Source of the DNA: Klebsormidium nitens
Taxonomy: Eukaryota > Plantae > Klebsormidiophyceae
NCBI GenBank assembly: GCA_000708835.1
Contig: DF236966.1
Location: 248,001-312,000, forward strand
DNA length: 64,000 nucleotides
Direction of reading: 5' to 3'
The notes below the pieces were generated by a model. It had not been told where the DNA came from, made no database searches, and worked only from the letters and a program-made list of their open reading frames with translations. Position 1 is the first letter of the stretch. Each line of letters begins with the position of its first letter. The position numbers and the translations under genes are program-made. Of this stretch, positions 1-12,500 are shown one piece after another.

Positions 1-525
1 GCGCCCAACGGCAGCTTCACAGTCCCTGCAAGCTGAGCAAAGCTGCTTTACCGCCTCAAAAGAGTTTGTTTACGGATGGGCCGCTCGTCTGTGCTGAATG
101 TGGGCTGGGCTGTGCTGAAAGCTCCAGAGCGGAAGCCAAGGGCGCCCTGCACCCCTGGGGCTATACAATATCAGCTGGGGCTTCAAAAAGGCCTGATGTT
201 GCTCTCTTGACTCACGACATATCATATATCGTACGCCGATTAATATTACCCAATTTCCAACCAATTCATTTACAGGTGGAAGCTTTCATCGGTGTTCTCC
301 ATCAGTTGCGTAGAATTTTCGATGCCCTTTGGATAACATAACTGCTCAGACATGTCTTCGGACTAGCCAAACTTGGTTTCTGCCTCAGATCTTTTGCGGA
401 GCTGCACAGGGCCCCAAGATCTGTCACACCCCACCCTTAGTTACGAGTAAAGTTGCCGGGCAGCTAACCAGAAGCCAGTGTACCACCAACCCGGAAAAAC
501 TGATGCAACTTTCTCCCTTCTGCAG

Positions 526-3500
526 TGGCGGCCATCTTCAGCATTAGGCAAAAATGGCTGGGCAATCCTGTGGTGTATACATGGAACGGGCAGGACCCGT
601 GCAATCTGTGGAACGGGGTCGTTTGCTTCCAGGACCCGTTTACAGGCAGCAACAATATTGTAGGACTGTGAGTAGCTCCCGGCCCTCGGACTGCTTGCTA
701 GAATCTCTTGGGGTCTCACTACACCTATCCTGGTCGATCTGCAATCAGAGGAGCTGAACGAAGGGCATGCCCGACTGGTTAAGGCCATTATGTTTGGGCA
801 GGCGTTTCACTGTTGTTTGAATGCTGAGAGGAATGAGGCCAGTCATGAGCCCGGAGTCCTTCACAATCAAACAGACTTAGTCAACAACATTCTGCATTTT
901 TTCGTATCGAAGAATGGCACAATCCAACTTCTGAGCTCAGGTTTGGGTGCCTATGAAACGATGACACGCACGCTTGTGAGAATCAAGAATTATGTTTGGT
1001 GTATGTTTCTGCGATCCGCCTGGACTGGGCAGCTCACTCAATGGACAGGTGTTTAGAGAATTGGGTACAGGAAGGTTGCGCACGATCAAATTTTCTTCAG
1101 TCATCAGAGCATCGGAGGTGGCAAGACTATGCAGAGTGCCCTGAGGTTTCAAAAGTGCAGAAGGGCGGCCAGCCTAAAGTGAACAGAAGTAGGAACAATC
1201 AGATTCAGCCAGCTGAGAATGTTAATAGCAGAGTCGCCAAGAAATGATTCTCTCTGAAGTAGGATCTCTTGCTGAGCGTCCAGACTTTTCAAGATTTCCT
1301 TGGATAGCACAGTCAGAATGTGCCTTACTTATGGTCAATTCGTTTGGCCAGGTTGCCACTCGGTTGCTCAAGCATGAGCCAAAGCAAGTTCTTTACTTGT
1401 GCAGGAGCCTTGCAAATGCAAATGTACCTGGGCCGATCCCTCCCGAGGTCGGCAATTTCAGCCGGCTAAACTCTCTCGTCCTCACCAATAATAGGTTCAC
1501 AGGGACCATCCCCCCTGAACTGAGCAGCCTGTTCTACCTCAAGAAGATGTGAGCAGCCAAATCCTAGCCTCCATTCTAATTGCATGCAATTTCTGTCATA
1601 ATGTTTCGAACTAGGGGCCCTCCTTCCAGCTTCTTCTTCCAATAATTGGAATCTTCCAATAATTGGAATCTTCCAATAATCTTGGCAATAATTCGAGCAT
1701 GACACATCCTTTTGAGTCTCTTCTTCTGACTGTTGTAAAATCACCTAACCAGGGTTTCCAAATGAAGATTCTTGGCATCTTTACGTCAGTGTTCTGCCAG
1801 AATATGCAACAAGAACCGCTTCTTGTGGCGCTCCAACTTACCGCTACCTGCCGTGTCAGGTTTCGCAACATGTCTTTTAGTATTGGTTGGTAAGATCGTC
1901 CAGCTGCAGGAGCCAGCAACGGATTCAGGTAGCTATCTGTTCATCTTAATATTCTGGTCTCCAGGCCCTTCCTAAGACAGTGGAGCAGCGCGGATCGAGT
2001 CACAGCAGAATCTCTCAGATGAAGGTTACACGTAGCTTAGGAAGCATCAGGCGGGGGCAGAAAGGTGCAGAAAAGACTCGGAAAGGAACCACCTCGGAGT
2101 GCTGGAAGCTTGACTCACCAGTGCAGTGCGTCCCGAGGTCGATACGACCCATGTTCGATGTCTGTCCAGCTCGATCGAGAAAAGTCGAGAAAGAATTTGC
2201 GGGAAAACTCGGGGCTCTTATTCAAGCCTACTCATGTGCGAGCTCCTGTCTGCAGGCTGCTGAATAACAACCAGCTGACAGGGGGCATCCCAAGGGAGTT
2301 CGGGCTGCTTCCTGGACTCACCATCCTGTAAGGCCTTCTGCTTTAGGTGGTCAAGGGACAGCCTGTGTGAACCAATCTTGCATCCTGTTCACAATCTCTG
2401 TGCAGAAAGTTGGAAAGCCCCTTGAAGCACGCAAAGCTTGATTGAGGCCAGAAAAGGAAGCACCAAACGTGTCTGGAATCGGCTGACGGTGTTTTAGTAT
2501 GATTCACTTGGATCCATGCCGGTCTTTAAACCGATTCCGGATTGCGGTCCTGATTTGCAAACAACAGTTCGCCATAGTGGGAAAGATTCGTCGAGGTTCT
2601 TGGAAGACAGTCTCAGATGTTGCAAGATCGTGACATCATCTTGTGCATTTACTTCGTTTCTTACGTGCAGTGTTCACATCGTTTCTGCTTTGCTTCACAA
2701 GCAGTTGTATTTGATCCACTTTGTTAGCCTGAAATACAATTTGAGAGAAGACTCTCCTTCCTCAACAGAGTCGTCATCACGACCTCATTACTCTTGATTC
2801 GACGCGAATCACACTCCTTGGTGCTTTCAAGCTGCTCGTCGCATCTCGCAAGGTTTCGGATTCTCGAACCAGATCGGCGTCTAACACTGTTTCGGCTCTC
2901 TCTACAGCAACATAGACAACAACCAGCTGACCGAGCCACTCCCAGTGGAGGTCTTCACAATCACAGAGCTCCGTCAATTGTAAGCTCCACCGCGCGTCCC
3001 TCCTCTGATCCACAAATGCCGACAATACAAGCATCATACAACCTTAAATTGACAATGAAGCTCGAAATACCAGGAGACGATGAGATCGTGCATGCAACTC
3101 AATCCGCTTCTTTTCTCTGTATGGCCGCTCTTTTTGTCTGTATGGTCCCTTTGAACATTATGTGTACTCACCTTAACCCTCATATTCCAGGTTCGGCAGC
3201 AGAGTTAGTCTCTTATTCGCCAAGATTCGATAGCCGTCCACCGATATTCTCTAAGAGCTGGTCGCTGCCGAAACCTGCTCTTCCTAACCTGCCTCTATGG
3301 CATCGTTCAAAAGGCCCCGTAGTCATGTCACCCCTTCAGGCTTTTGAGGTCAACTGCCTCTCGGGCTCTGGTTCTAGGTCCTTTTCGACGTCAAAAACTT
3401 GTCCTAAGTGTCTTCCGGGTTTTCAAGCATGGCAATGCTTCCAGTTTTGCAACCCTCCAAGTCTGCTGAGCGCAAGCAGCTGTCGGGCAACGTCCCCGGG

Positions 3501-6500
3501 CCATATGCCGGCTCTCTTACCGTGTTCTGTATCACCTCCTGATATCTAGTAAAGCGAACCTAGTGCCTAACCCCCGTTTCCTCAACCCTCCAGCTCGGTG
3601 GAGAACAACCAGCTGTCCGGCAGCATTCCGGGCCAGCTACTCGGGGCGATAAACCTCCAGGCCCTCAACCTGAAGAGCAACCGGTTGAACGGCAGCATTC
3701 CGACCCTCCTGGGTAACCTCACCCAGCTGCAGAGCATGTGAGTCTGCGGCGGGTTTGCTGACGTCGCAAAGCACGCCCCGTGACGTCTTGTGACGTCAAT
3801 CGACATGCCTCAAACCGCTGAGTAGAGATTGCGTCACGTGGAAGCTGGCTCTAACCGGTGTTTCGGGAACGACAAGTTGCTGAGCCAAAAGACATTGTTT
3901 GCGCCTCCTTTGCAGCGATCTGAGCAGCAACAGCCTGACCGGAACCATTCCTGCCTCCTTGGGCAACCTGCAAACCCTGACGTTCCTGTAAGCACCGTCT
4001 CCTTCTTGTCTGATTTCTTTTGGGCCTTTTCAATTCAGTCGAAGTCCATTGCTTTCGGCCCCAGGACTTGTCCTTTATTGATGGAGATGTCGGATCACCT
4101 AGATCCCGTGATCTCTGCATCAACACTCTGCCTTCAAATTGTGCACTCAAATGTTGTTTGCAAACTCGGCTCCTTTTGAATCGGGTCGTACGTCATTTAG
4201 AAGACGAGGCGACAGCATCAGCATCAACATCAACTGCCCTTGCAGCCTCTCGAGACCATCACGTAACGCTGTCGATGTGTCTCAAATAATGGGCCCTGGT
4301 CGTTGATGAAGACGACTCATCGATTGAGAGCACCTTACGCAAAAGAGTAGCACCTTGACATCGTGCAAGCATTCTCATTGCAACCTCCTTCTGAGCAACG
4401 TGCTCATAGCGTGTGCCGAATGTTTGCAGGTCCCTGGCTAATAACCGACTGTCGGGGCAGATCCCACTGGCGCTTGCCAACGTGCTGAGTCTTCAATCAC
4501 TGTAAGGTTCCGCTTCTGTTCGTACATGCAATCACAACCTCGTTCCATTCTATTTGAATCTGCACACTTGGATCGTTGCTTCCTCTGAAAGTATGTACAG
4601 TCACCATGTCAGTCTGTTTCAGCGGACGCCTCAAACAATTTTCAACCTGGATTGCTTACAGTTAACTTGTTAGCTTACAGATGAATCTTCGAAGCATTGG
4701 CATAAATCTGCAGTTACTCTCGCTTGCTTCGAAGCTTGCTTTGCCATTCTCTGTGACGTTGCGCTGTGTGTGCGTCAATGGCTTGACACGTCTCGCCTTT
4801 CTTCTGTCATTTCGAATGCAGTCTGTGTGGGATTCTACTCTTTGCCTCCTTCCATTGGTCCGTATTCTCTGGTTTAGTCGAAATACTCGAAAGGATTGTT
4901 ATGACGATCTCGTAGGCAGTCCTACCTTCTGCTTCTACAGCTAGAACGTGAAAGTGTTGCAGTGCTGAAGACCAATTCGAAGAGGGCCAAAGGACTGAGA
5001 AGAGAATTAGAGACCGATACTTCCCTTTCGTCAATATGCTGGAAAGCCTGTAAGGTGGCTCAACACGGTGCAAAGTGCTTCCTCCCTTTCCATGCAGATG
5101 GCTCTTTAACAACACTCTCACTGGGACTATTCCAAGTCAACTGCAGTTCGTCCCGGACTTCAGGTAAGTCAACATGTGTTCTTCTCTCCTGCGAGCAATT
5201 CGTTTCAGATAGGTGGGGGAAGATACGCTGGTGACAGGCAAGGAAGGCTGCTTGTAGCTCACAATACTTTGCGGCTCTAACATGGATAGTCCTGACAAAT
5301 CTTGCATTAGCAGACACCGCTGGACTTTGGCGGCGGAGCCGCACGCCGTTCCGGACTTCGATTTCAATTCCGCTACCGTCCGCATATCCGCCAACTGAAG
5401 ACTGCATCTCTTGTCGTTTCTCAAGAGATGAAATCTCTTCCGGTCTTGTATCCCTGTTGACCACAACTCGTGAACCCTGCGCGCCTCTGTTTCGACCCCT
5501 CTTCCGTCGCTGACATCGGACTCTTCCCGGCTCCTTACCAGGGCGTTCGATAACCGACTTACGGCCCCAGCCTCTCGCATCCGCCCCTTCTCCCGGGCAG
5601 CAACACCCCGCCTCTTACTTCTCGTGTCGTCTCTCAAACTCACAGTGCGCCTCTTTTCCGCTACTGACTAAACTTCGGTTTGCTCCTAACCAGGGCGTTT
5701 GGTAACCGACTTACGGCCCCCGCTCCCGCATCCGCCCCCTCCCCCGGGCAGCTACTCCCCGGGGCTCCTGCCGCGGTCTGTTCTCCGGGCACTTCCGTCG
5801 CCTGCGCATGCCCGCAAGACGCGGGTGGGGTGGCGAACACCGGGCTGCAGTACTGCAACGGCAACGGGTCCGCGCGCAGCTCGTGCATCTGCCAGCCGCA
5901 GCGTGAGCCTTACTCTTCACTTCTCTCTCCTCTTCTCGCGAGAAGCCCTTGAAGGATGCATGATCCGGCGTCGACTTATGATTGGTTTGACAAGGTGGCA
6001 CTCGGAAATGCATCGTGAACACAGGCCGCCGTTGCGTTTACCGTACTCTCTATTGGCGAAAAGATGGCTGTTCTGTCTGACGACGAACAGTCCTCACCTT
6101 TTCCGGAAGCTCCAAGCTGAGCTCCTGGTTCCGTCCTCAGTTCTCGCACCTCGCATCCTCATCTCGCCTCCCGCAGTATACAAAGAGACAAAGCACGTAA
6201 CGAAAATGATGAAGAAACGAGGAAAGGAATCAGGAAAGAAAGGCAAATGCTTGTTCTTTCCGCAGAGTGCCGCACGTGCCCCCTGGGCCAAACTGCACGC
6301 CCCGTTCCCGCTGGTGCGGCCTGCCCTTCCGAGTGCCTGACGCCCCTGGTGGTCCTGCTGCGCATCGTGAACCTGACCATGGCGGACTTTGATAACGCTA
6401 CCGCCACGCAGTTTCGCTCCGTGCTCGCACAGCAACTAAGCCTGAGCCTGGATCAGGTGAGCAACGCACGCCAACTTTTCAGCTCCTGTGGGTAGCTTTC

Positions 6501-9500
6501 TAAATACAAAGTCCTGTAGAACGGGCTTTTTATTCCTTACGGAGGAAGAGGGCAGTGGAGACCGAAGATCTACAATCTCGAATCGAGGGCCAGGACCGAT
6601 TCGTCTGCTTACATCGCTGGTCGCAATCAGCCTTTCCACTTCCGTCCTTCATGTCTTGACAAGGAGACCGTCTTCGTCAAATCCGCAAATAATCGGTGAA
6701 AAGCACTTTCGTCTTCCACCAGCCAGTCAACCCTCTAACTAGTTAGAGGACATTCGAGATACTTTACCACTTCAACCTCACTTGACACCGTTCCTGCATC
6801 CCCAGGTCGCCCTCCTGCAAATCGCCCCGGGCAGTGTCATTGCCACTGTGGGCTTCCTTCCCCCCTCGAACGCCAACGCCACGTCACTCGACCCGCAAAT
6901 CTCCTCACGCATCGCAACCGCCCTCCTCTCGCAAAGTGTCAATCTCGGCGCCGCGTTCACCCCTTACCAGACCCTGACGGTCCTCCCAACCGTTGACACC
7001 ACCACTCCTGGCCCGACGCCGATCCCGGCGGCGCCAGTCGTGGTTAGGGTTAACCAGACTAACTGGCCCTGGGTTGTGGCGCTGCTCGTGCTGTCGATTG
7101 CGCTACTCATTGGAGTCTGCGCCATCGTAGGTGAGTCCTGGAAAGGACAGCATCATTTGCGCAGCTTTTTGGTAGCAGCTCGATTATCCTTTCAATGCTA
7201 ATTCGTCACGAGAGCTTTCAGGTTTTTCAGCTGTTGGTATGCCAGAGTTTGAGGGTTCTAACATTGAGTTTGTGACTGCACTGTTTTGAAGCCGTTGGAT
7301 TACGCACTCCTCGAGTTCAGGACCTGTTGAAGTAGGAAGCAAGGCCAAGTTGCTTCCCAGATTTCCCCTGCTAACTTCCCCTCGTCTGGGATCCCGAAAC
7401 CCTGACCCCAAGGTGTGGCTTCAAGCTGCAAGTCAGCAATTCTGAGCAACAGAAGTATACTCGGGGTAATCTACTCGATTCCAAGAGTCTGAAACTTTGC
7501 CTAACCCGTTTTCTCCTTCATTACATAGACTAACCAACTTCCTGAACCCTCCCCTCCAGCCTGGTGCTTCCTAACCGGCCGCTGCGCCCCCCCCGCGCGT
7601 CACGGCCCCTCCCCCCCGCACTCGCGCCGCTTCCAGCCGCTCCTCACCAACGACCCCGACTCCCTCGCTCTGAGGGGGGCGTCCCAGAAGACTTCTCGCG
7701 CTCTGGCGGTGCGCCCCCCCCTGATGCCGTACGTTGACATGCCCCCCTCCCGCTCCCGTTCCCATTCCAGCAACCCCCTGCTAGAGCAGCGGTACTCGGA
7801 ACCGCGGTCAGGGCCGGTTTCCGGGGCGAAGCGGCTCGTGGAGGCGGAGCGGGAGCCGCACTCGTGGAGCCCGGCCGGTGTGAATGAGCCCCCCCAGAGA
7901 GCGAACGTCGGCAAGTCGCTCTTCCAAGAGGGGATCAGGTGAGTCGGCAGTCGCTCGTTCTTGTTACCTGCTTTTCGTGTTATCATTTTGTTCCTTGCTC
8001 GCTTCTGTCCTCTTGTTCGTTTCAACTTCTCGTTTGGTTGTCTGCTCTTCCGTTCTTGGGCCGCAACTCGACTTGCCGCATCGGCTCAACCCCCTTGGAA
8101 GCGAAAGCTTTTGCTTGAAAACGGTGCGAGTTCAGAATCTGAAGCCAATCCCCAGGACAGATCTGGCCCAAGGAGCTTGAGCTTGGCTTATTGTGCCAGT
8201 CAGAGTTGTTGTTGCGACCAACTGGACCTGTGGAACCCATCCCTACCTGCAAGCATACCCGAACTTGCGTACTTTGCCTGTTCTCCCCTACGTCTGGTAA
8301 ACCCATTTTGACTTCAAGACACTTCTTTGCTGGTAACCCTAAATACCGCTCTGCAAGGCTGCTCCAACAAGATTGTCGCAAGCAAAGTGCCTCTTTCAGC
8401 AAATCGCCCCTCTCTAACCCCTTTCTCTCCCCCTGCCAAGCGGTCCAGTGAGGAGGTCGCCTTCGAGCCCCCCAAACCAACACCCTACAAGCATAACCAT
8501 ACTTTCTTAACAATCCTGATCCCCTTCAAAGACGTAGGTCTTCTGGTCTAACAGTTCTCTTTTCAACCACCACTTTGCATCGCTGCTCTGATACCGATAA
8601 ACCAAGCATAACCCCTGTTTTGACCCTCCGCATAGGCGCACTGGTGAGGAGGTCGCCTTCGAGCCCCCCATCCGCAAGGTCCCGGTCAAGATTACGTCAT
8701 TCCCTCCGCCAGAAGCGCCCGGTAGACCGACAACCGACCTCGCAGTTCCCGCTTCGATAGGCATGACGCAGCTCGGGGGCCAACTAGCGGGGCCTTCGTT
8801 CCTGAACCAGCCCGCAATGCGCCCCGCCGTCACGACTCCCCCGGAGTCGGCGGTTTTGAGTAACGTGGGCGCGAAGGAGATCCCGCTTGCGGTGTTGCAG
8901 ACTGCCACCGACAACTTCAGCGAGGTGAGGGGGGGTCTCTCAAGTTTGCGAGGTCTGTCGAGTTGCGGACAGCCGAAGATGCCGTGTCTACCCAGTGAGT
9001 AGGGCTCTTGCGCGCTCCTCGCATGTCAGAAGCGTTGCACCGGCCGCAAGGAGACGACGCACTTTTTCCGAACTTCTTCTTTGGTGACGATTCGTCCTGT
9101 TCGATTGTTTTCTTGATTTGACTCATCTTCGTAAGAAAGGGGCCCAACCACCAATCCTCTCAGAAAGCGAATTGTCTGCCGCTGTCAAGAAAGCGTACTT
9201 TGACTTGGCACCCAAAACCACAAAAAGCAGTTTTCTGACCATTCCTCATCCGTTCGTACCTCTCAGGCCAACTGGGTAGGAACCGGGGGCTTTGGCCTGG
9301 TCTACCGGGGCGTTCTGCCCGTGTCGCAGTGCCCGGAGAAAGTGCGCGGGAAAAAGCCAACGCAGGATCTAGAGGTGGCCGTCAAAGTACTGGACGTCGA
9401 CACGACGCTGTCGGACCAGCGGTTCAAGACGCAGATGGAGCTGCTGGGGCGGTTAAAGCATAAGTATCTGGTAAGCCGGACGTGAATAGGCTCCCTCTGG

Positions 9501-12500
9501 TTTAAGTAGATACCTCTTGGTGTGAACGGGGGCAGTGTGACGTTTGTTGTAGCGGCTCAAGAAGAAGTACCCAGTGAGCTGGGGTGTATAAAAGCTTCCA
9601 GATGTGAATGGATACTATTCCTACTGTAAACGGGCCCAGTGTCGAGTAAGCAAAGTTGCCGGAGCAGCAAACAAGTAGTCACATGGTGAGCGCAGAGGTG
9701 CGAGAGTGTCCCCGCCTCTAGTTCTTTGCGCGCTTCCCGGCGATTCTGACGACGTGAACCTATTGCCCTCGCAGGTTGAGCTGATTGGGTACTGCATGGA
9801 GGGCAACGTGCGCATGCTGGTGTACGAGTTCATGGCGTTCGGCAGCCTGGCAGACCACTTGCACGGTGAGGATCGCGCCACGTGTCCATCTCCCTCCCTG
9901 CTACCCCGGGGCTTTTCGCAGCATAGAAGCGCTTACAGCCTTTGTTTGAGCCGCTGAAAAACCCTACTGAAGCTTCCTGAGTAGATTTGAAGATCCAAAG
10001 TTTTCGCTGCATACTTGCGAGGTTTTGAGCGGCCCACTTTGTCAACGCCTTGCCGGGCTTGTGTGAATGTTTCCCCAATGTTTCGCCAAAGAAGTGGGGA
10101 ATGCCCTCTCATGCTGAGTGTGAATGCACTTTCTCTGCAGGGCCGCGCCCTGGGCAGCCGCAGTTCCACCATCTAGTCGAGCTGACGTGGCGCCAGCGGA
10201 TGCGGATAGCTTATGGGTCGGCACGGGGCCTCAAGTAAGTTTGAAGCGTCTTCGGTACCAACTAAAGGGATATGGGTAAAGCGCAATTGCCTGCATCCAC
10301 TTCGACTTTTCGTGACGGAATTGGCGCATGCAACATAGTGAAGAGGGTTCAAGCTAATCTCTGGGGCTCTCGATGCCGTCTGTTTGGTCGCAACAATCCT
10401 GTCGTTATCTATAACGTTCATGGCATCGCGCCACTTGCCAGCTTTTTCTTTCGTGGCAACTACGGTCCTTTGAGGACCAAAGTGATTCTCTACCATCCAT
10501 ATCGTAGGAAAGATTCCTATCATCCATCTCTCAGCAACATGGTTTTGTAACGCCCTCCTGTTGCAGCGCTCCTCACATCCGCGAACACCATACCCAGTCA
10601 TACTTTGTGCATTCTAGTCAAAGCTGCGAGTTTCACTTTTGCGCGACCTCCCTTCTTGCAGTTACCTGCACACGCCAGAGGCCCCCGCCGGAAGCTCCCC
10701 TTTGGTGAGCCCCTTCCCGGGGCGCAAGAAGAAGCCGATCGTCGTGCACCGCGACCTGTCCACCAGCAACATTCTGCTGGACGACAACATGCAGGTGAGC
10801 CGTCCGAAGTGTCCGGAGACCCGTTCCGTCATTTCGGACGGTACATACTCGACTCTGCACATGCCGTGTGTCTGAGAACAATCGTGTCTGGTAGCTGCCT
10901 TCTAGGGTCCTTTTCCAAGAAGACTGGAGCATCATCGTGTGCGTGTGAATTCAACGATTTTGTCGCCCGAAAGTACAGACGTTCAGATTGGCAGTTGATG
11001 CTCCTTCTTTCTCTTAACCAGCGTGCGGAAGCTTCACAAGTAGACGCTTCATATGTGTTTTCCTATTATTGCCGCCAGCCCTCACCAGCAAAGTGGTGCC
11101 TACAGGTGCGCGTGGTGGATTTCGGGCTGGCGCCTCTCATGCTGACGTCACCCTCGGAGGCGGGCGACAGCGCGGGCAAGCGCAGGGACGCAGACGAGAC
11201 CCCCACGCCGTCCGAGGTCGCAACGCCCGCGCATCGTAGCGCCTTGGCAAGCCCGGGCATGCGCAGTGGGGCCGCATCTGAAGGTGAGCATGGAATTGGG
11301 TTAATCTGAGTTAATCTTTTTGGTTGGGTTACTATAGGTCGATCGAGGGCCGTTGCGAGCCCGGGCATGCGCAGTGGGGCCGCTTCCGAAGGTGAGCTTG
11401 GAACTGAGTCAAAGCGGGGTTANNNNNNNNNNNNNNNNNNNNNNNNNNNNNNNNNNNNNNNNNNNNNNNNNNNNNNNNNNNNNNNNNNNNNNNNNNNNNN
11501 NNNNNNNNNNNNNNNNNNNNNNNNNNNNNNNNNNNNNNNNNNNNNNNNNNNNNNNNNNNNNNNNNNNNNNNNNNNNNNNNNNNNNNNNNNNNNNNNNNNN
11601 NNNNNNNNNNNNNNNNNNNNNNNNNNNNNNNNNNNNNNNNNNNNNNNNNNNNNNNNNNNNNNNNNNNNNNNNNNNNNNNNNNNNNNNNNNNNNNNNNNNN
11701 NNNNNNNNNNNNNNNNNNNNNNNNNNNNNNNNNNNNNNNNNNNNNNNNNNNNNNNNNNNNNNNNNNNNNNNNNNNNNNNNNNNNNNNNNNNNNNNNNNNN
11801 NNNNNNNNNNNNNNNNNNNNNNNNNNNNNNNNNNNNNNNNNNNNNNNNNNNNNNNNNNNNNNNNNNNNNNNNNNNNNNNNNNGTGAGCTTGGAACTGAGT
11901 CAAAGCGGGGTTAGGATATCTGGTTACATACTATGGATCAAATGGGCCCTTTGCAAGCCCGGGCATGCGCAGTGGGGCCGCGTCCGAAGGTGAGGTTGGA
12001 CTCTGGTTAAGCTGGGTTAATTGAACAGGATCGAGAATGATGATGGGGCAAAGGGGGCCGTTTTGCGAGCCCAGGAATGCGTGTGGGGCGGGCCATGTCT
12101 ACTGGTGAGCTTGGAATCTCGTTCAATCTGGTTTGACCTACGATGGGTCAAACGGGGGGCCTTTGCAAGCCCGGGTATGCGCAGTGGGGCCGCAATCTAA
12201 AAGTGAAGTTGAAATATCGGTTCAGCTGGATTACCGATGGATCAGGATTGATGAAGGTGGATCGAGAAAAGTCAGTCCTTGTTAAAAACCTGCCCAAGGT
12301 GACAGGCTCAAAGTCAGTCTTTCGCTTCTGTTCAACGGGCAAAATGCAGAAATGTTCGGGGGCCGAGGTCTTCAAATACAATAATCACGCCTCACGTATG
12401 TAGTGCATCTCAGCTGACGTAGTGCGTGACGTCACTCGCAGGCTACGCGTCGCCCGCCTCCCCCTCGGTGGGCTGGACCAGTCCCAAGAGCGACGTGTTT

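Noticed and set aside
3334-3412. Possible extra LRR exon (CAG|GCTTTTGAGGTCAACTGCCTCTCGGGC, NCLSGS)
   Set aside because: It is one base out of phase with the genuine 72-nt LRR exons, the second half lacks the IPxxL pattern, and there is no good donor. At most a decayed pseudo-exon.
2794-3549. 251-aa plus-strand ORF within the RLK gene
   Set aside because: It runs through intronic sequence out of frame with the 2908-2979 LRR exon and shows no domain features; probably a chance ORF.
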